A stretch of DNA of 64,000 nt from Octopus sinensis (GCF_006345805.1 NW_021836292.1:62001-126000); one strand, 5' to 3'. Counted from the first letter of the stretch, positions 12,506 through 25,590 are shown. The notes: generated from the letters alone by a model not told the origin. Made by a program: numbers and translations.

Positions 12506-12547
<42 letters not shown>

Positions 12548-12550
<3 letters not shown>

Positions 12551-12660
12551 ACGGGCTTTCTTTTCAATTTCCGTTTACCAAATCCGCTCACAAGGCTTGG
12601 TCAATCCGAGTCTATAGTAAAAGACACTTGGTCAAGGTGCCACGCAGTGGAACTGAACCC
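12548..12660 (-). mobile_element. SINE family B fragment
   Basis: gacgggctttc..ccgtttaccaaatcc..aaggtgccacgcagtggaactgaaccc. Confidence 0.8.
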
Positions 12661-12662
12661 AG

Positions 12663-12715
<53 letters not shown>

Positions 12716-12889
12716 GATATGTATTATGCACGCATGTGTGCGTGTGCATATATGTATTATGTTTGTACCTATATTCTATATACATACGTATGTTATGTAT
12801 ACATATTAACGTATGAATTTATTTATCATTCTATTTGACTCAGGTTTAGTCTTATACCTGGTAGAATTTATGTGAGTTGCGCATTACTA

Positions 12890-13170
12890 CCCGTAACCTT
12901 AGATATCCACAAGCTTTAAATAATCTTTCAAGTATTCAAAACTCTTCTGATAATCTCTCCTGAAGCTCTACAGGACATTCTATTCCAATCACCTTCTATA
13001 TAATTACTCACAGTCCCAAATGCACCAATTGTTACGAGCACAACATTTACAGTTTTTGTATTTGAAATTCTCGCAATTTTAAATTTTAAGGGATTGTGTT
13101 ATTTTATTTTTCATCTTCTTTCTTTACAATCCTGGAATCAAACGGACATGATAGATCAATTAGCAATTCA
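12890..13170 (-). mobile_element. RLE-type LINE 3' fragment
   Basis: ELLIDLSCPFDSRIVKKEDEK...VNVVLVTIGAFGT on the minus strand. Confidence 0.65.
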
Positions 13171-13598
13171 TGTGTGGGATGGCTTGTGTGTGTGTGTGTG
13201 TGTGTGTTTATGTATGTTTTGATATGATATTTGGGAAGGAAACTGAGTACTCTTCTCTGAGGAGCGGTCAATAAATGATGAGACGGTCGGTCAGGAGACT
13301 GCGACACATCAATAAAACAGAATGTGTTAACGTTCTTATTTCCATTTAGTAAGGCTTATAACATTTAAAAAATTTTCAGTCCTTATATACAGTGTTTGCA
13401 TGTGTGGGGGGTGCGCGTGCGTATGGGTGTAGATATCAGGCACATGCCGTCAGTAATCATTCAGGGTAGACATCTTATGCGTATTAATCTGAGTAACCTT
13501 CATATTTTGCCATCAAAAGAAAATGTTGCTATCGGTCTACTCTGTAGAAGGTAGGCACTGCCTATCTTGCCTACCTACGCGGCACGTCCCTGATCTAT

Positions 13599-15866
13599 AT
13601 GTGTGTGTGTGTCTTTGTGTTTGAATATATATGCTTCACAAATAATATGGATCTCATCCATAATGTGAAAGTGACACCGACACTACTCTCGGATCACAAC
13701 ATGGTAGAGCTGACTATGTACGGGCCAAAGGAAAGCATGGACATGCAGCCTACAAGAAGCTCTCAGAATCTTTCCAGCTTGAACTTCAATAAGGCAAACT
13801 GGAAACAAATTGAGAAAGAGATACTCAAACAAAACTGGCCTGAATGTCTCTCCTCGCCGGACATCGACATGAAACTCCAAAAATTCATGTATGTAATGCA
13901 AGCCATATGCTACAAATATGTCCCAGAGAGAAAGGCCACTGTACACAAGAACAAAATCCCCAGAGAGAGGAAAATTTTAATGAGACGGCGTACAAAAATT
14001 TCAAATCGCCTAAACAAACAAATTGAAAGCAGTGAAAAGTCCCGCCTGAAAATAAAACTGTTGGAAATTGAAAATTGTCTGCAACTCTCCCATGAAAAGG
14101 AAAGAGCAGACAAAGAAGCCTGGGCTATAGACAACATAAAAACTAACACCAGAGCTTTCTACAGGTATGCCAAAGAAACAGCTACAGTGCACTGTAGGAT
14201 AGGGCCACTCCTTGAAAAGGATGGCACACTCACAGGAAAACCAATGAGGGTAAGTGAAATACTGAATGAACAATTCAAGAGTGTTTTCACTCCACCCCTT
14301 GGGCATTTCCAAATCAGCAATCCAACTGACTTCTTTACCACTGCAGATATAAAATCAGAGGCGGCGACGATAAATTACATCGATATAAAGGAAGACGATG
14401 TAATAAAGGATATAGATGAAATGAAGACAGACTCAGCTATTGGCCCCGATGGATTCCCGGCAATCCTCCTAAAAGCATGTAAGAGAGTCCTAGCAAGACC
14501 ACTGCAGTTCCTCTTTCAGAGCTTCCTTGCAGCTGGCAAACTTCCAAGAAAACTGAAGGAAGGTAAAATATGCCCTATTCATAAAGGAGGTAGCAGAGCG
14601 GAGGCCAAGAACTACAGACCTATCTCTCTCACCTCACACATCAGCAAGGTCATGGAACGAATAGTTAGAAGGAAACTAATCACCTTCCTTGAAGAAAATT
14701 ACTTACTGCCTGACACCCAACATGGTTTCCGACCAGGAAGAAGCTGCTTAACTCAGCTCCTACAACACTATGACTGGGTGCTGAAACAACTGCTCAACCA
14801 CTCAAATGTGGAAGTCATATATCTTGACTTTGCAAAGGCCTTCGATAAAGTCGATCATGGAATGATATGTCACAAACTGCGTGATCTCAACATAGTTGGA
14901 AAACTGGGAGAATGGCTTCATGACTTTCTGAAGAATAGAAGTCAGGTGGTAGCAGCCAATGGGGCCACTTCCATTAACACGCAAATAGTGATAGGTGTTC
15001 CGCAGGGCACTGTTTTGGGACCACTACTGTTCATAATGGCCCTCTCAGACATGCCCTCAGCCACGCAGAGAGCCACGATCACAAGTTATGCAGATGATAC
15101 AAAAGTTTCACAGGCAATACAGAACCCTGAAGACACTAAGCACCTGCAATGTGAGCTGGACGAAATATACAAGTGGGCTGAAAAGAATAGCATGCAGTTC
15201 AATGCTGAAAAGTTTCAAGCTTTACACTATCAGCATGCAAAACTGAATGCAATACCCAATGAATACACTGGACCCGGAGGGATTGCAATCCCGGAGGCAC
15301 AATCAGTGCGTGACCTGGGTATTCACATGAGTGATGACGCGACCTTTCATGTACATGTTGCTAAACAGACAATGAAATGTAGACGGCTGGCTGGATGGAT
15401 TCTTAGAACCTTTAGAACAAGAGAACAAGAAACCATGATGGTCCTCTGGAAGACACTTGTCCTAAGCCACTTTGACTATTGCTCTCAGCTATGGTCACCA
15501 TCCAGTGTCAAGTTGATCACAGAACTTGAGGCGATCCAACGAAGCTACACGAAGAAGATAGCCTCTGTGCAGCATATGAGCTACTGGGAAAGACTCCAGA
15601 GATTAAAGCTCTATTCCCTGGAGCGTAGGCGAGAAAGATATGCTATAATATATATCTGGAAGATCCTGGAAGGTCTTGTCCCAGACTTTGGCATCGAGAG
15701 TCACACAAATGCCAGAACCGGACGCCACTGCGTAGTACCAAGGACTCCAAATTTGCCATCAAGATGTAGGACAATATATTGTGATAGCCTTCAGAGGCCC
15801 ACGGCTCTTCAATATCCTCCCGAAGAACCTGAGGGACCTGCATGGTGTAGATGCGGTTGTCTTTAA
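13599..15866 (+). CDS. LINE ORF2 (end of APE domain + complete reverse transcriptase); a small deletion frameshifts the C-terminus, which continues in 15781-15993
   Basis: SDHN (APE end), GPDG, NYRPISLTS, QHGFR, YLDFAKAFDKV, GVPQGTVLGP, YADD, DLG motifs. The annotated Met lies in flanking microsatellite, so it is not the native start. Confidence 0.9.
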   Translation: MCVCVFVFEYICFTNNMDLIHNVKVTPTLLSDHNMVELTMYGPKESMDMQPTRSSQNLSSLNFNKANWKQIEKEILKQNWPECLSSPDIDMKLQKFMYVMQAICYKYVPERKATVHKNKIPRERKILMRRRTKISNRLNKQIESSEKSRLKIKLLEIENCLQLSHEKERADKEAWAIDNIKTNTRAFYRYAKETATVHCRIGPLLEKDGTLTGKPMRVSEILNEQFKSVFTPPLGHFQISNPTDFFTTADIKSEAATINYIDIKEDDVIKDIDEMKTDSAIGPDGFPAILLKACKRVLARPLQFLFQSFLAAGKLPRKLKEGKICPIHKGGSRAEAKNYRPISLTSHISKVMERIVRRKLITFLEENYLLPDTQHGFRPGRSCLTQLLQHYDWVLKQLLNHSNVEVIYLDFAKAFDKVDHGMICHKLRDLNIVGKLGEWLHDFLKNRSQVVAANGATSINTQIVIGVPQGTVLGPLLFIMALSDMPSATQRATITSYADDTKVSQAIQNPEDTKHLQCELDEIYKWAEKNSMQFNAEKFQALHYQHAKLNAIPNEYTGPGGIAIPEAQSVRDLGIHMSDDATFHVHVAKQTMKCRRLAGWILRTFRTREQETMMVLWKTLVLSHFDYCSQLWSPSSVKLITELEAIQRSYTKKIASVQHMSYWERLQRLKLYSLERRRERYAIIYIWKILEGLVPDFGIESHTNARTGRHCVVPRTPNLPSRCRTIYCDSLQRPTALQYPPEEPEGPAWCRCGCL

Positions 15867-16087
15867 AGTAGGACTGGATCTCTTCCTGTCAGGTGTCCCG
15901 GATGAACCAACTTCACGGCAGGAGGTGCAGATGAGGGCAGCTGCATCGAACTCTCTCATGCATCAGATGGCGTTTGCTAAAAAGCATCCGTGAGGTAAAA
16001 TCGTGTAGCAAACCAAATGGCGGTGCCCCAGCATGGCCACAGCTCATTAGCTGAAACTGGAAAAATCAAAATCAAAATCAAAAATCA
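13632..16087 (+). mobile_element. 5'-truncated CR1/L2-group LINE
   Basis: Homology to the copy at 26.4-28.9 kb starts at tgcttcacaaat; RT ORF; 3' UTR ggcggtgccccagcatggccacag and (AAAATC)n tail; inserted in (TA)n. Confidence 0.95.
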
Positions 16088-16097
16088 TATATATATA

Positions 16098-16148
<51 letters not shown>

Positions 16149-16787
16149 CATTAAAATATATCCATACCTACGTACATACACACGAATATACAAACATATA
16201 CACACATACTGATACATAAATACGTACGAAATAATTGGCATCCAATGACACAGTTGGTGGTGCAATATATATATTCAAAAAAATTACCGTTTTGGCTCCA
16301 TAAAGACTTCCAGTAACAATAATTTACCGAAGTAACGTACTTGAAATGATTTTTCCGGAACTGACCATTAAAAATATCAATGTTTTACAAAGACATATTC
16401 ATTATATAGACCATCTGATGCTACTGTTAACATTGTTTATGAAAGAAAGGATGTACTTTCTTACAATGTAAAATCTAAAGTGATATTTGACAGAACTATT
16501 TGTAATATAATCGTATTTAGCCATTTTTTTTTATTTATTTCTATTATACATTTCAACGCTTACTTTCGGTATCCGTCAACCTATTTAACTGTGTACGTAT
16601 AGATCTATTTATCTGTCTATTTATCTCTCTATGTATCTATCTATTTCTCTATTTCTCTATTTATCGCTCTCTCTCTCTCTCTCACACACACAGACATATA
16701 TATATATGTATATATATTTACATTTTTATACTTACTGCATTTACAAAGCATCCTTTCTCTATCTACATACTCTCTATCCACACACAC

Positions 16788-16859
<72 letters not shown>

Positions 16860-17356
16860 TATATGCACACAAATACATGTACCTATGTATGCATTTGCAC
16901 ATTTATCTCTAGTTATCCGTTTTAATATATTTAATGCGCACTGCATTAAACATTAATAATAGCATTTAATAACATTCAAGTGTGTGCCTGTGAGTGCATG
17001 TGGCCGTGTGTGTGTGTGTACGCGTGCGCAAGAGTATATTCATGTATATGCATGAGTGTATATATATGAGTGTATGTAAGTGTGAGTGTATGCACATGTG
17101 TTTATATATATATAATATATAATATATATTATGTGTTTACATGTTTGTATATATATATATATATATATATGAAGGTAGGTATGTAGGTACTATCATGCAT
17201 TACATATATTTTGTAACGTATGTTGAATATATATATATGTATGTGTTTACATATGTGTGTGTGCGCGTGTGTGTGTGTGTATACATGTGTGTGTGCGTGT
17301 AAATATATATATACGAAATATATGCAATGCAAGATACGTACCTACCTACCTACCTT

Positions 17357-17391
<35 letters not shown>

Positions 17392-17396
17392 TATAT

Positions 17397-17770
17397 AGTG
17401 TAGGAAGAAATGGAGCTGAACGAAGATTTAACAAAATTCCTTTTTATTATTTTCTACATATGTTTCAAAGGCTGCAAAGTCCCTAATTCGGATTGAATAA
17501 GGAGTCCATTTTGCAGCCTTCTCTTCAGGAAAATCCAGGAACTTAATTCTCCAACAAAATGCACAGCAAGCTTTTCGACAAACGCTCACGAGGAGCCCAT
17601 GGAAAATATGGCACAAACTGTCTATCTATATGCGTTGACGCCAGGCTGGGTGAAGGCAGACGAGAAGGTCCGTTGAGATAATTCAAGGTTAGAATCCGGT
17701 TAGCAGAAGGGGAGTACAGGAAAATCAAAGAGTGTGAATGTATTCTGTATGACTGGTGTTAATATTTGAA
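17397..17770 (-). mobile_element. Short non-coding hammerhead-bearing element (family H2) abutting (TA)n
   Basis: Contains the intact hammerhead below, then an AATAAA and a ...cctacacta(ta)n end; partial homologs at 39705-39765 and 41028-41088. Confidence 0.6.
17449..17534 (-). ncRNA. Apparently intact type I hammerhead ribozyme with extended stem II
   Basis: Minus strand: ATTTTC-CTGAAGA-GAAGGCTGCAAA...TTTGCAGCCTTT-GAAA-CATATG-TA-GAAAAT; 6-bp stem I, 12-bp stem II base, palindromic stem III, GUA site. Confidence 0.85.
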
Positions 17771-17917
17771 TTATTTTAAGAATGATTGCTAGAGTGTTTG
17801 AGTGTGAGAAATTGCTTTCATGTATGTGTGTGTGCGTCTATGTATGTGTGGCAGTGTGTTTCGAAGGCAGCAATATTATCTGATACATTAGGATAGATAT
17901 ATGCAAGCATAGACACC

Positions 17918-18118
17918 TATTTCTTTACTACCCACAAGGGGCTAAACACAGAGAGGACAATCAAGGGCAGACAAACGGTTTAAGTCGATTATATCGACCC
18001 CAGTGTGTTACTGGTACTTTATTTAATCGACCCCGAAAGGATGAAAGGCAAAGTCGACCTCGGCGGAATTTGAACTCAGAACGTAATGGCAGACAAAATA
18101 CGACTACGCATTTCGCCC
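17918..18118 (-). mobile_element. SINE family A
   Basis: Reverse complement of the family consensus, including the tail tttagccccttgtgggtagtaaagaaataggt. Confidence 0.9.
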
Positions 18119-19116
18119 TTAGATACCTTCTCGCCTCCCCACTCTACCCTTAAACTTGCAAAACATCGAGGATGCGACGACTAGGGAGGAGGGAGCTGAA
18201 CGCATACTCGCGTAGCAGTTAAGTGGACTGGAGCAATGTGAAATGAAATGCCTTGTTCAACATGACGCATAACCCGGTCGAATAATCGAGTCCGCGGACC
18301 AAACATCCCAGCCGTTCACTAACCCCGGCACATTCACCCTCAACAACATCATCATCAACTGCAATCAATGATTACAGCCGAATTTAATGTAAAAGGTTTG
18401 AGAGAAAGTGGAGCAAAATACTATTCTATTGTTACTGCTATTGTTGTTTAGCCCTAGGTCAGCCCTTGTCCAACAGACTTATGATCAAATACGTACCACC
18501 TGTAACATTTTCCAATAACTCCTTTTCTCTAACAACAGGATGAGATTTGAAAACAACTTTTCTGTTATTTCTAACTGGTTGATCGATCGATTATGTAGAG
18601 GATCCTTCGCTGATCTGTCTTTTAGTGCAAGCTATCTAGGACTACATTATCTAAAGTGTCTATTTTTTGAAAGAGGAAATACGAAACATAACGCAGTCTG
18701 TGTTGTGTTACTGAAAAATGAGTTCATTTTGTTTATAATTTTGACTTTAATGCATTTCATTTACTATACAAACAATTATGAATAATAGAGTAGATGTATT
18801 TCTTTAGTGGAATAAGTGTTTAATTAATGTTGTAAGTGTTTAATTAACGAAATAAGTTCTAAATGCCAACCAGTATTAGGCACAGTTTAAATGTGTGAGG
18901 AAAAAAGTGCAAAGCTCTCTCTACTTCTGCTGTTGTTATGGTTGTTGCTCTTGTTGTTGGTGTCGTCACAGCCTTTGCCATTGCTTTGTTGTTGCTGCTA
19001 CTTATAATGATGATGATGCACAAACCTTGGCATATATATATGTGTGTGTGTGTGTGAGTGTATGTATTTACATGTGTGTGAAGGCATGTAAGTATGCGTA
19101 TGCATGCATATATATA

Positions 19117-19149
<33 letters not shown>

Positions 19150-19169
19150 GTAGTCAATCCAAGCATGAA

Positions 19170-19350
19170 CAAGCAAGAAAAACCAACAACGCGATGACGT
19201 GGAACAAGTACAGTGTTATTGAACGCTTAGGAAAGGAAAGAAAGGAAAGAGGATTTCACGTTTCGAGCGGAGCTCTTCATCTGAAATGTAGAAAAAGTCC
19301 AAAGAAGGGAAGACGGAGAAAGAAAATTGCCAACGATACACACGCGGTCA
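19170..19350 (-). mobile_element. Family H1 repeat with decayed hammerhead (19253-19287)
   Basis: ATTT-CAGATGA-A-GAGC tcc GCTC-GAAA-CG-TG-AAAT on the minus strand. Confidence 0.7.
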
Positions 19351-19399
19351 CACACACACACACACACACACACACCACACACACACACAACACACACAC

Positions 19400-19443
<44 letters not shown>

Positions 19444-20620
19444 CTAGCAGTATCGCCCGGCGTTGCTCGGGTTGTAAGGGAAATAACTATATAAGCATTT
19501 TTAGAGAGTTATAGCAAAAAAATAGCAAAAAAATGCATTAAAAATTGAAAAAAAATTAAGGTAATTTTTTTTTTAAATCGTTGACACATCGTAGATATTT
19601 TTAGAGAGTTACTTCCCTTATATAAAAGCGAAAAAAATGCATTAAAAGGGGAAAATATGATGGTAAATTTTTTTTTAAATCGTAGACTCATCGTAGACGC
19701 GCGCTAATACCCAGAAGGGCTCGATATGAATCACGACTATAAGATACCCGCTTTTGGTCAAACTGCACCGCAAAATGTGGGAGTAGTTACGAATCTAAAT
19801 CGTAGGAGACAGACACACAACTTCACTCTTATATAAAGATGCTTTTTTTTTTCAGTCATAGAGTTAGATTTATGAAGGTCTTCAGTAGAAAATCCTTCGA
19901 ATTCTGACTCGCTGCTTGATATAATGAAATTCGTATCCATTTTTTGTCAGAATTACAAATTTTGAAAACACAATAGGAACAAATTTCGGAAAAAAATCTC
20001 CCATAATTCACGGAATTAAAATTACACTTCGATTTTTTGTACAAAACTGTATTTGAAGTGTTTACAAAGCATAATACGTGTTTTCACGAATGTACTAAAG
20101 AGATTTACTCTGATATTCTCATTTAAATATGAATAGGTAAATTCGGGCGGTTTGGTAACGAAAGGGTTTATATAAGTGTCGTCTGTTTATACATAAACAC
20201 TGTTTCATACTTTCAGTTTAGTCTTCCTCAACTCACTCTGTCGCTATTTACTCTTTTCCAAGAACATTTTCACTCACTCTTATCTGTTAGTTTGCCATAC
20301 ATTTTACTCATGTATCTATCAGCGTGATAGACAGAAACAAATATTACATCTAGTTTCACTTTATTCGTTGCACACTGTGTGTGTGCGTTTGCGTGTGCTG
20401 TAAACCAGACTAAGAAAAGCATTTGACATACACACCAGAATGTGAGTTTTCTGTAAATTTTGCTTAATTGGAGTTTAAATTTTAAAAACTGGACCTGGCA
20501 AAACCCGATGCATTCTACTCTTAAAAATGCTAGGTAAATTGTAATTGAAGAAATCCTATATTGTAGATTTCTATAACTGACAAAGGGAGGCAGATAAAAT
20601 CTGCCTTTTATAATAAGAGA
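19444..20620 (-). mobile_element. Non-autonomous Helitron(s): 3' hairpin + CTAG at 19444; 5' TC ends at about 19839 and 20620
   Basis: Minus strand ends cccgagcaacgccggg-cgatactg-CTAG|t; starts a|TCtttatataag and a|TCtcttattataaaag. Confidence 0.75.
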
Positions 20621-20627
20621 TATATAT

Positions 20628-20793
20628 ACGAAGAGTTTCTTCCCAGTTTCTGATACCAAATCCACTCACAATCCTTTGGTCGGCACCAGGCTATAGTAGA
20701 AGTCATTTGTCCAAGGTTCCACACAGAGGGACTAAACCTGGAACCATGTGATTGCGAAGAGACCTTCTTACCACACAGCCACACCTGCGCCTT
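20628..20793 (-). mobile_element. SINE family B 5' half
   Basis: aaggcgcaggtgtggctgtgtggtaag head on the minus strand. Confidence 0.85.
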
Positions 20794-21693
20794 CATATAT
20801 ATATATATATGAAGATTAGGATAATCCCTGCTAGGACGCATTTGATCTTAAGATGTATCAGTCCGACCTTTTAGTTTAGATAACATCAGTAACAACAACA
20901 ACAGCAACAACAACAGTAACCGCAGATATTCAATTCTGAACATGTCTATTTTAAATATTGATGGATTTACTTATAACACAGACAACTTTGCTGTGACAGT
21001 ATAGAATTAACTAACTTTCCTCTATTATTTAGCAATGCAACTTTAGTTTCCAATTATCTCGGAAAAGCTATCATTAAGTGGACAAAACTGGACTTTTTTA
21101 CGGTCAGTCTATGGTCTGCTTACATTTCCATTTTTTTATTGTATCGCTTTTTTTTCATCTATCTTTTTTTAATGAGTATGCATGACATTTTCATGGTTTC
21201 CGTATAAAGCAATTAACCCTTTCATATGATGCCATAATATATTATGTTGCCACTTTATAGCATCGTGTATGTAACAGGTTGTAGGCGGAGCGTGTTTTTC
21301 TGAATCATTTTTTGCTTCGGTAATGATTCAGCTTTCTAAAGAGTCTTCAATTTGTAGAGATTCAAAAACATTAGTAAGCTCCAAAATAGAGAAGATATCA
21401 TACAAACATTTTTTTATGACTATTTTCATTTTCATACTTATATAAATAATACTGATCAATAAAAGTTGCTTATTTAAAGGGGCGCCGTTCGCATGTTTCC
21501 CTCTTTTACAAATTATATGCTATGCCCACACACATGCAAACATATATGCACATGTATAAATTATTTGCCCTTTGAATTAGCGTGTAAGTAGCTGAGTATT
21601 CCACGGACACGTATACCATTAACGTAATATTCAGGCAGAATCAACGTAATAGATAGATAGACATTTACCCGCATAAACACATATTCACATACA

Positions 21694-21763
<70 letters not shown>

Positions 21764-22449
21764 ACAGTGGATATTAATTTGCTCATCCATCTCACTTGGA
21801 TGTGTTGTTAAAAACGCCATGAACTGTGGTAGCAGTCCTGAGAAGTCATCTCGCAGTCTAAAGAGCACAGATTATACACAGCCCGCCAGTTTTTTTTTTG
21901 TTTGTTTTTTTGTGAAATCACTGCCTGTTTACTCAGTGCTACACTATACCGATTTGGCGGACTTTCAATCTAACATTCGGTGCTTGGGTATCTGTTACTA
22001 ATGATATACTAATTACGATGAAATCACGTGATACAACGGTAGTGACAAAATTTCGTCAGTTGATATCTGTGCTTTTTAGCACCTAACGTTTATAAGAGAT
22101 GACTGTTAGGAATGCGATCATAAAAAGAAACACTTCCAAATTGAGTTGTATATGCAAATTAATATTCGTAAGAACGGCTGCTTCCGTCGCTAATAGCTAA
22201 TTTATACAGTGGATAGATTGATTTGCATATTTGTGAGCAGATATGCAAATTAGCTATTCACTAAAGCAATACCTTTATTTGTGAATACTGTTTTACATCT
22301 AAATATTATATGCTATGCATTGACAAATGAAACCAAATGACCCCGAGGAGCGGTCAAGAAACAATAAAACATTCTGTCAAGAAACTTCCCCCTCATTTTC
22401 CGCTCATAAAACGCGTAGACAGAATGTATTTACATTCGTATTTCTCTCT

Positions 22450-23610
22450 TAGGTAGGTTTCCTAATATTTGGATTTATTACAGTTTTGGTGATGTACGTT
22501 ATATTTAGTACCCAGTGATAAAACTGCATACAAAGGAAATTGATACTATCGAGCACAAGTTGTCATGTGAGCAAAAAGATAGAGTAATCATGTGTTCTAG
22601 TAGGGCCCACGTTCTACATGAATTCAAAAGAAAACCAAGTTGCAGTAAGTCATAGATATATGACATACATCATGTTTACTGATATATTTGTAGTTATTGA
22701 TACACTAGCTACCGAGAGATTAAATAATGACTTACAACACAGCTCTATTCTAACATGAAATATTCAGGCAGTCTAACAAAATAACTCAATTTCGAAATGT
22801 AGAGCTTGAGGTAAGAAATTGAAAGTTATATCATGTTTATTTAAGCTATAGATACTAATAAATAGCTGCAGGAACATTGAAATAGCAAGTGTCCACATAA
22901 ATATGATAGGTTGGTGGTGACGTTTCCACTTAGAAGAATTGTTACACTCTTCACAAACAAAGCACTACACTTATAAATCTACAGAATTAAACAAAATCTG
23001 ATAAACAATGGATATACCAATAAGGTAGTAGATAAGACCATGGTGTAACAGAAAACCAATATCAAAGAAGTAAAACATCAAATACTACTCATGAAAATAA
23101 ACAACCCACAGGTAAAGTGCATCAGATGAATCAAATGTATGCTAGCTATAAAATATGTTATGAAAACACTCATAAAATAAAATATTGTATGTTTTCATAA
23201 TCAAAAATTAATGATATTTTACAACCTAAAAGAAATAAATTAAACAATATCTTATCAATAACAAACCACGGGCATCTAAACTTATGAACATGCTACAAAT
23301 AACGAATGTGAATTACAATATCGATAGCAAACGGAGAAGCTGCAAAAACTCCAGACTGTAATTGTTACATTGAGCATGCAAGTATGATACATTGTTACAG
23401 ACTATTATGCGCATACAACGAAAGAGCAATTGCGACGTACTACATCAACAACAGCGGACAACATAAAACAAAGCTTAATACGGAAACATTGTTATACAAC
23501 ACAACCATCTTATACGGAAGTCCAAAATAGAAAACTAGGCGAGTAATTATGGAAGCGAAATAAGTAGCACAGAAATAACGTATAATAGTCACAAACAAAA
23601 ACCAGTCCCC
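22450..23610 (+). mobile_element. Highly decayed retroelement remnant, probably Penelope-like
   Basis: A-rich coding-like strand with fragments such as 'VVIDT..Y' and 'NTTILY..KTR.VIMEA'; heavily interrupted. Confidence 0.35.
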
Positions 23611-24294
23611 AATTCTTGAAAGACCGGGGTGCGTGGCTTAGTAGTTAGTGTGGTACACTCATGATCGTAAGAGTGTGGTTTTGATTCCTGAATTGAGTGA
23701 CATGTGTTCGTAAGTAAAGCATTCCATTTCGCATTTCTCCAGTCCACTCAGCAAGTGAATCCAGGAAATCAGCTTGATAAGCCTATAGTTCAGGAAGGAC
23801 TTTTGACCCCTTTCAGTTCTTGAAAGAAAGAGGCTTTGAGTCGACGATCAAAGATTTAAACCCGGCAGCAATGTCACTTCAAACAGCAATCCTATTCCAC
23901 CTGAGATGGTAATAAGACCCCTTAATCCCACCAACCACATCATCTAAAAGATCAGAAGAAGAGAATTTGAGGAAACAATAAAGAAACCGTAAAGAATTCA
24001 AAAGTAATATTTGTAAAATAAAGAAAATATAGAACTTAAATATAGAACTGAGAAAATATATATTCTCAATATATGGATTCTCCGTTACCTCTGAGCAACA
24101 AAATATGAAACAGCACATCAGATACCTTATGGTTATCAGCTCATGAGATCTGCGTTATATAACTTTCTGTTAGGCGTTCTGTAAGATTTTAGATATCAAT
24201 TATTTAGTAGTAAAACTATATCATACATGGATACAGTACTTATTGAAGGTAATAAACGTTGCTACTGTTGATGCTTCTCTTACTGTTTTTTGAT

Positions 24295-24337
<43 letters not shown>

Positions 24338-24564
24338 CAGTAATAATAGTAGTGGTAGTAGTATTGATGAAAATTCTAATTGTATACTTAGAACTACTTA
24401 CGTCATTGTGAATTTAAGAAAAAACTTCTATTTATGACAGATGTGGAAACTATATAGAACTTCACCCGCCTCCAGCTTGGCTTCCATATAAATGCGGTTA
24501 AATAGCTATATGGTAAAACAATTTCTGAATATACTGCCCCACTTAGAAACAAATTTCGTGTTAT

Positions 24565-24765
24565 TGCTTTCAAATTTTGACACAAGGGCCGCAATTTCGG
24601 GGATTACGTAAGTCGATTACATCGAACCCAGTGCTCAGCTGCTACTTATTTTATCGACTCTGAAAGAACGAAAGGCAAAGTCGAATTCGGCAGCATTTCA
24701 ACTAAGAACGTAAAGACGGACGAAATGCCGCTAAGCATTTTGTCCGGTGAGCCAGCTCGCCGCCT
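24565..24765 (-). mobile_element. SINE family A
   Basis: Reverse complement of the ggcggcgagctgg head and central domain. Confidence 0.85.
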
Positions 24766-24895
24766 TCTCTTTGTTCATAATATTACGATAGGAAAATAAC
24801 AGCTGCCAAGTGTTATAAGAGCTTATTTATCAAACACGTTATTTTGGATTTGCGGCATCTTATCCTCTAGCGTTATACTAACCGAAATTGTACGT

Positions 24896-24945
<50 letters not shown>

Positions 24946-25160
24946 GTGTATGTGTGTGTGGCCCTATTTACACCTGGCCCATCACTTTTTCATCCGTTTT
25001 TTTTTTACCTCTCACTATAATTTTCCAATGTAATTTTCTTCTGAGAAAGAAAAAGTCCAAGACGTTATGATACTTTCTCTCCTTAAGCGCCAAGCCAATA
25101 CATAAAACCTATTCTTCCTGTGCTGTTTAGTTTTTCTTTTTACATTTCCCATATATATAT

Positions 25161-25490
25161 ATGGCTCAGTGGTTAGAGCGTCGAGCTTACGATCGTGAGG
25201 TTGTGAGCTCGAATCCCGGACCGGGCTGCGTGTTGTGTTCTTGAGCAAGGCACTTTATTTCACGTTGCTCCAGTTCACTCAGCTGTAGAAATGAGTTGCG
25301 ACGTCACTGGTGCCAAGCTGTATCGACCTTTGTCTTTCCCTTGGATAACACTGGTGGCGTGGAGAGGGGAGGCTGGTATGCATGGGCGACTGCTGGTCTT
25401 CCATAAACAACCTTGCCGGACTTGTGTCTAGGAGGGTAACTTTCTAGGTGCAATCCCATGGTCATTCATGACCGAAGGGGGTCTTACCCT
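25161..25490 (+). mobile_element. SINE family C (tRNA head, CORE-like ttgagcaaggcacttta domain)
   Basis: A box TGGCTCAGTGG, B box-like gctcgaatcc; near-identical to 38645-38966 and 39968-40289. Confidence 0.9.
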
Positions 25491-25496
25491 TTTTAT

Positions 25497-25590
<94 letters not shown>

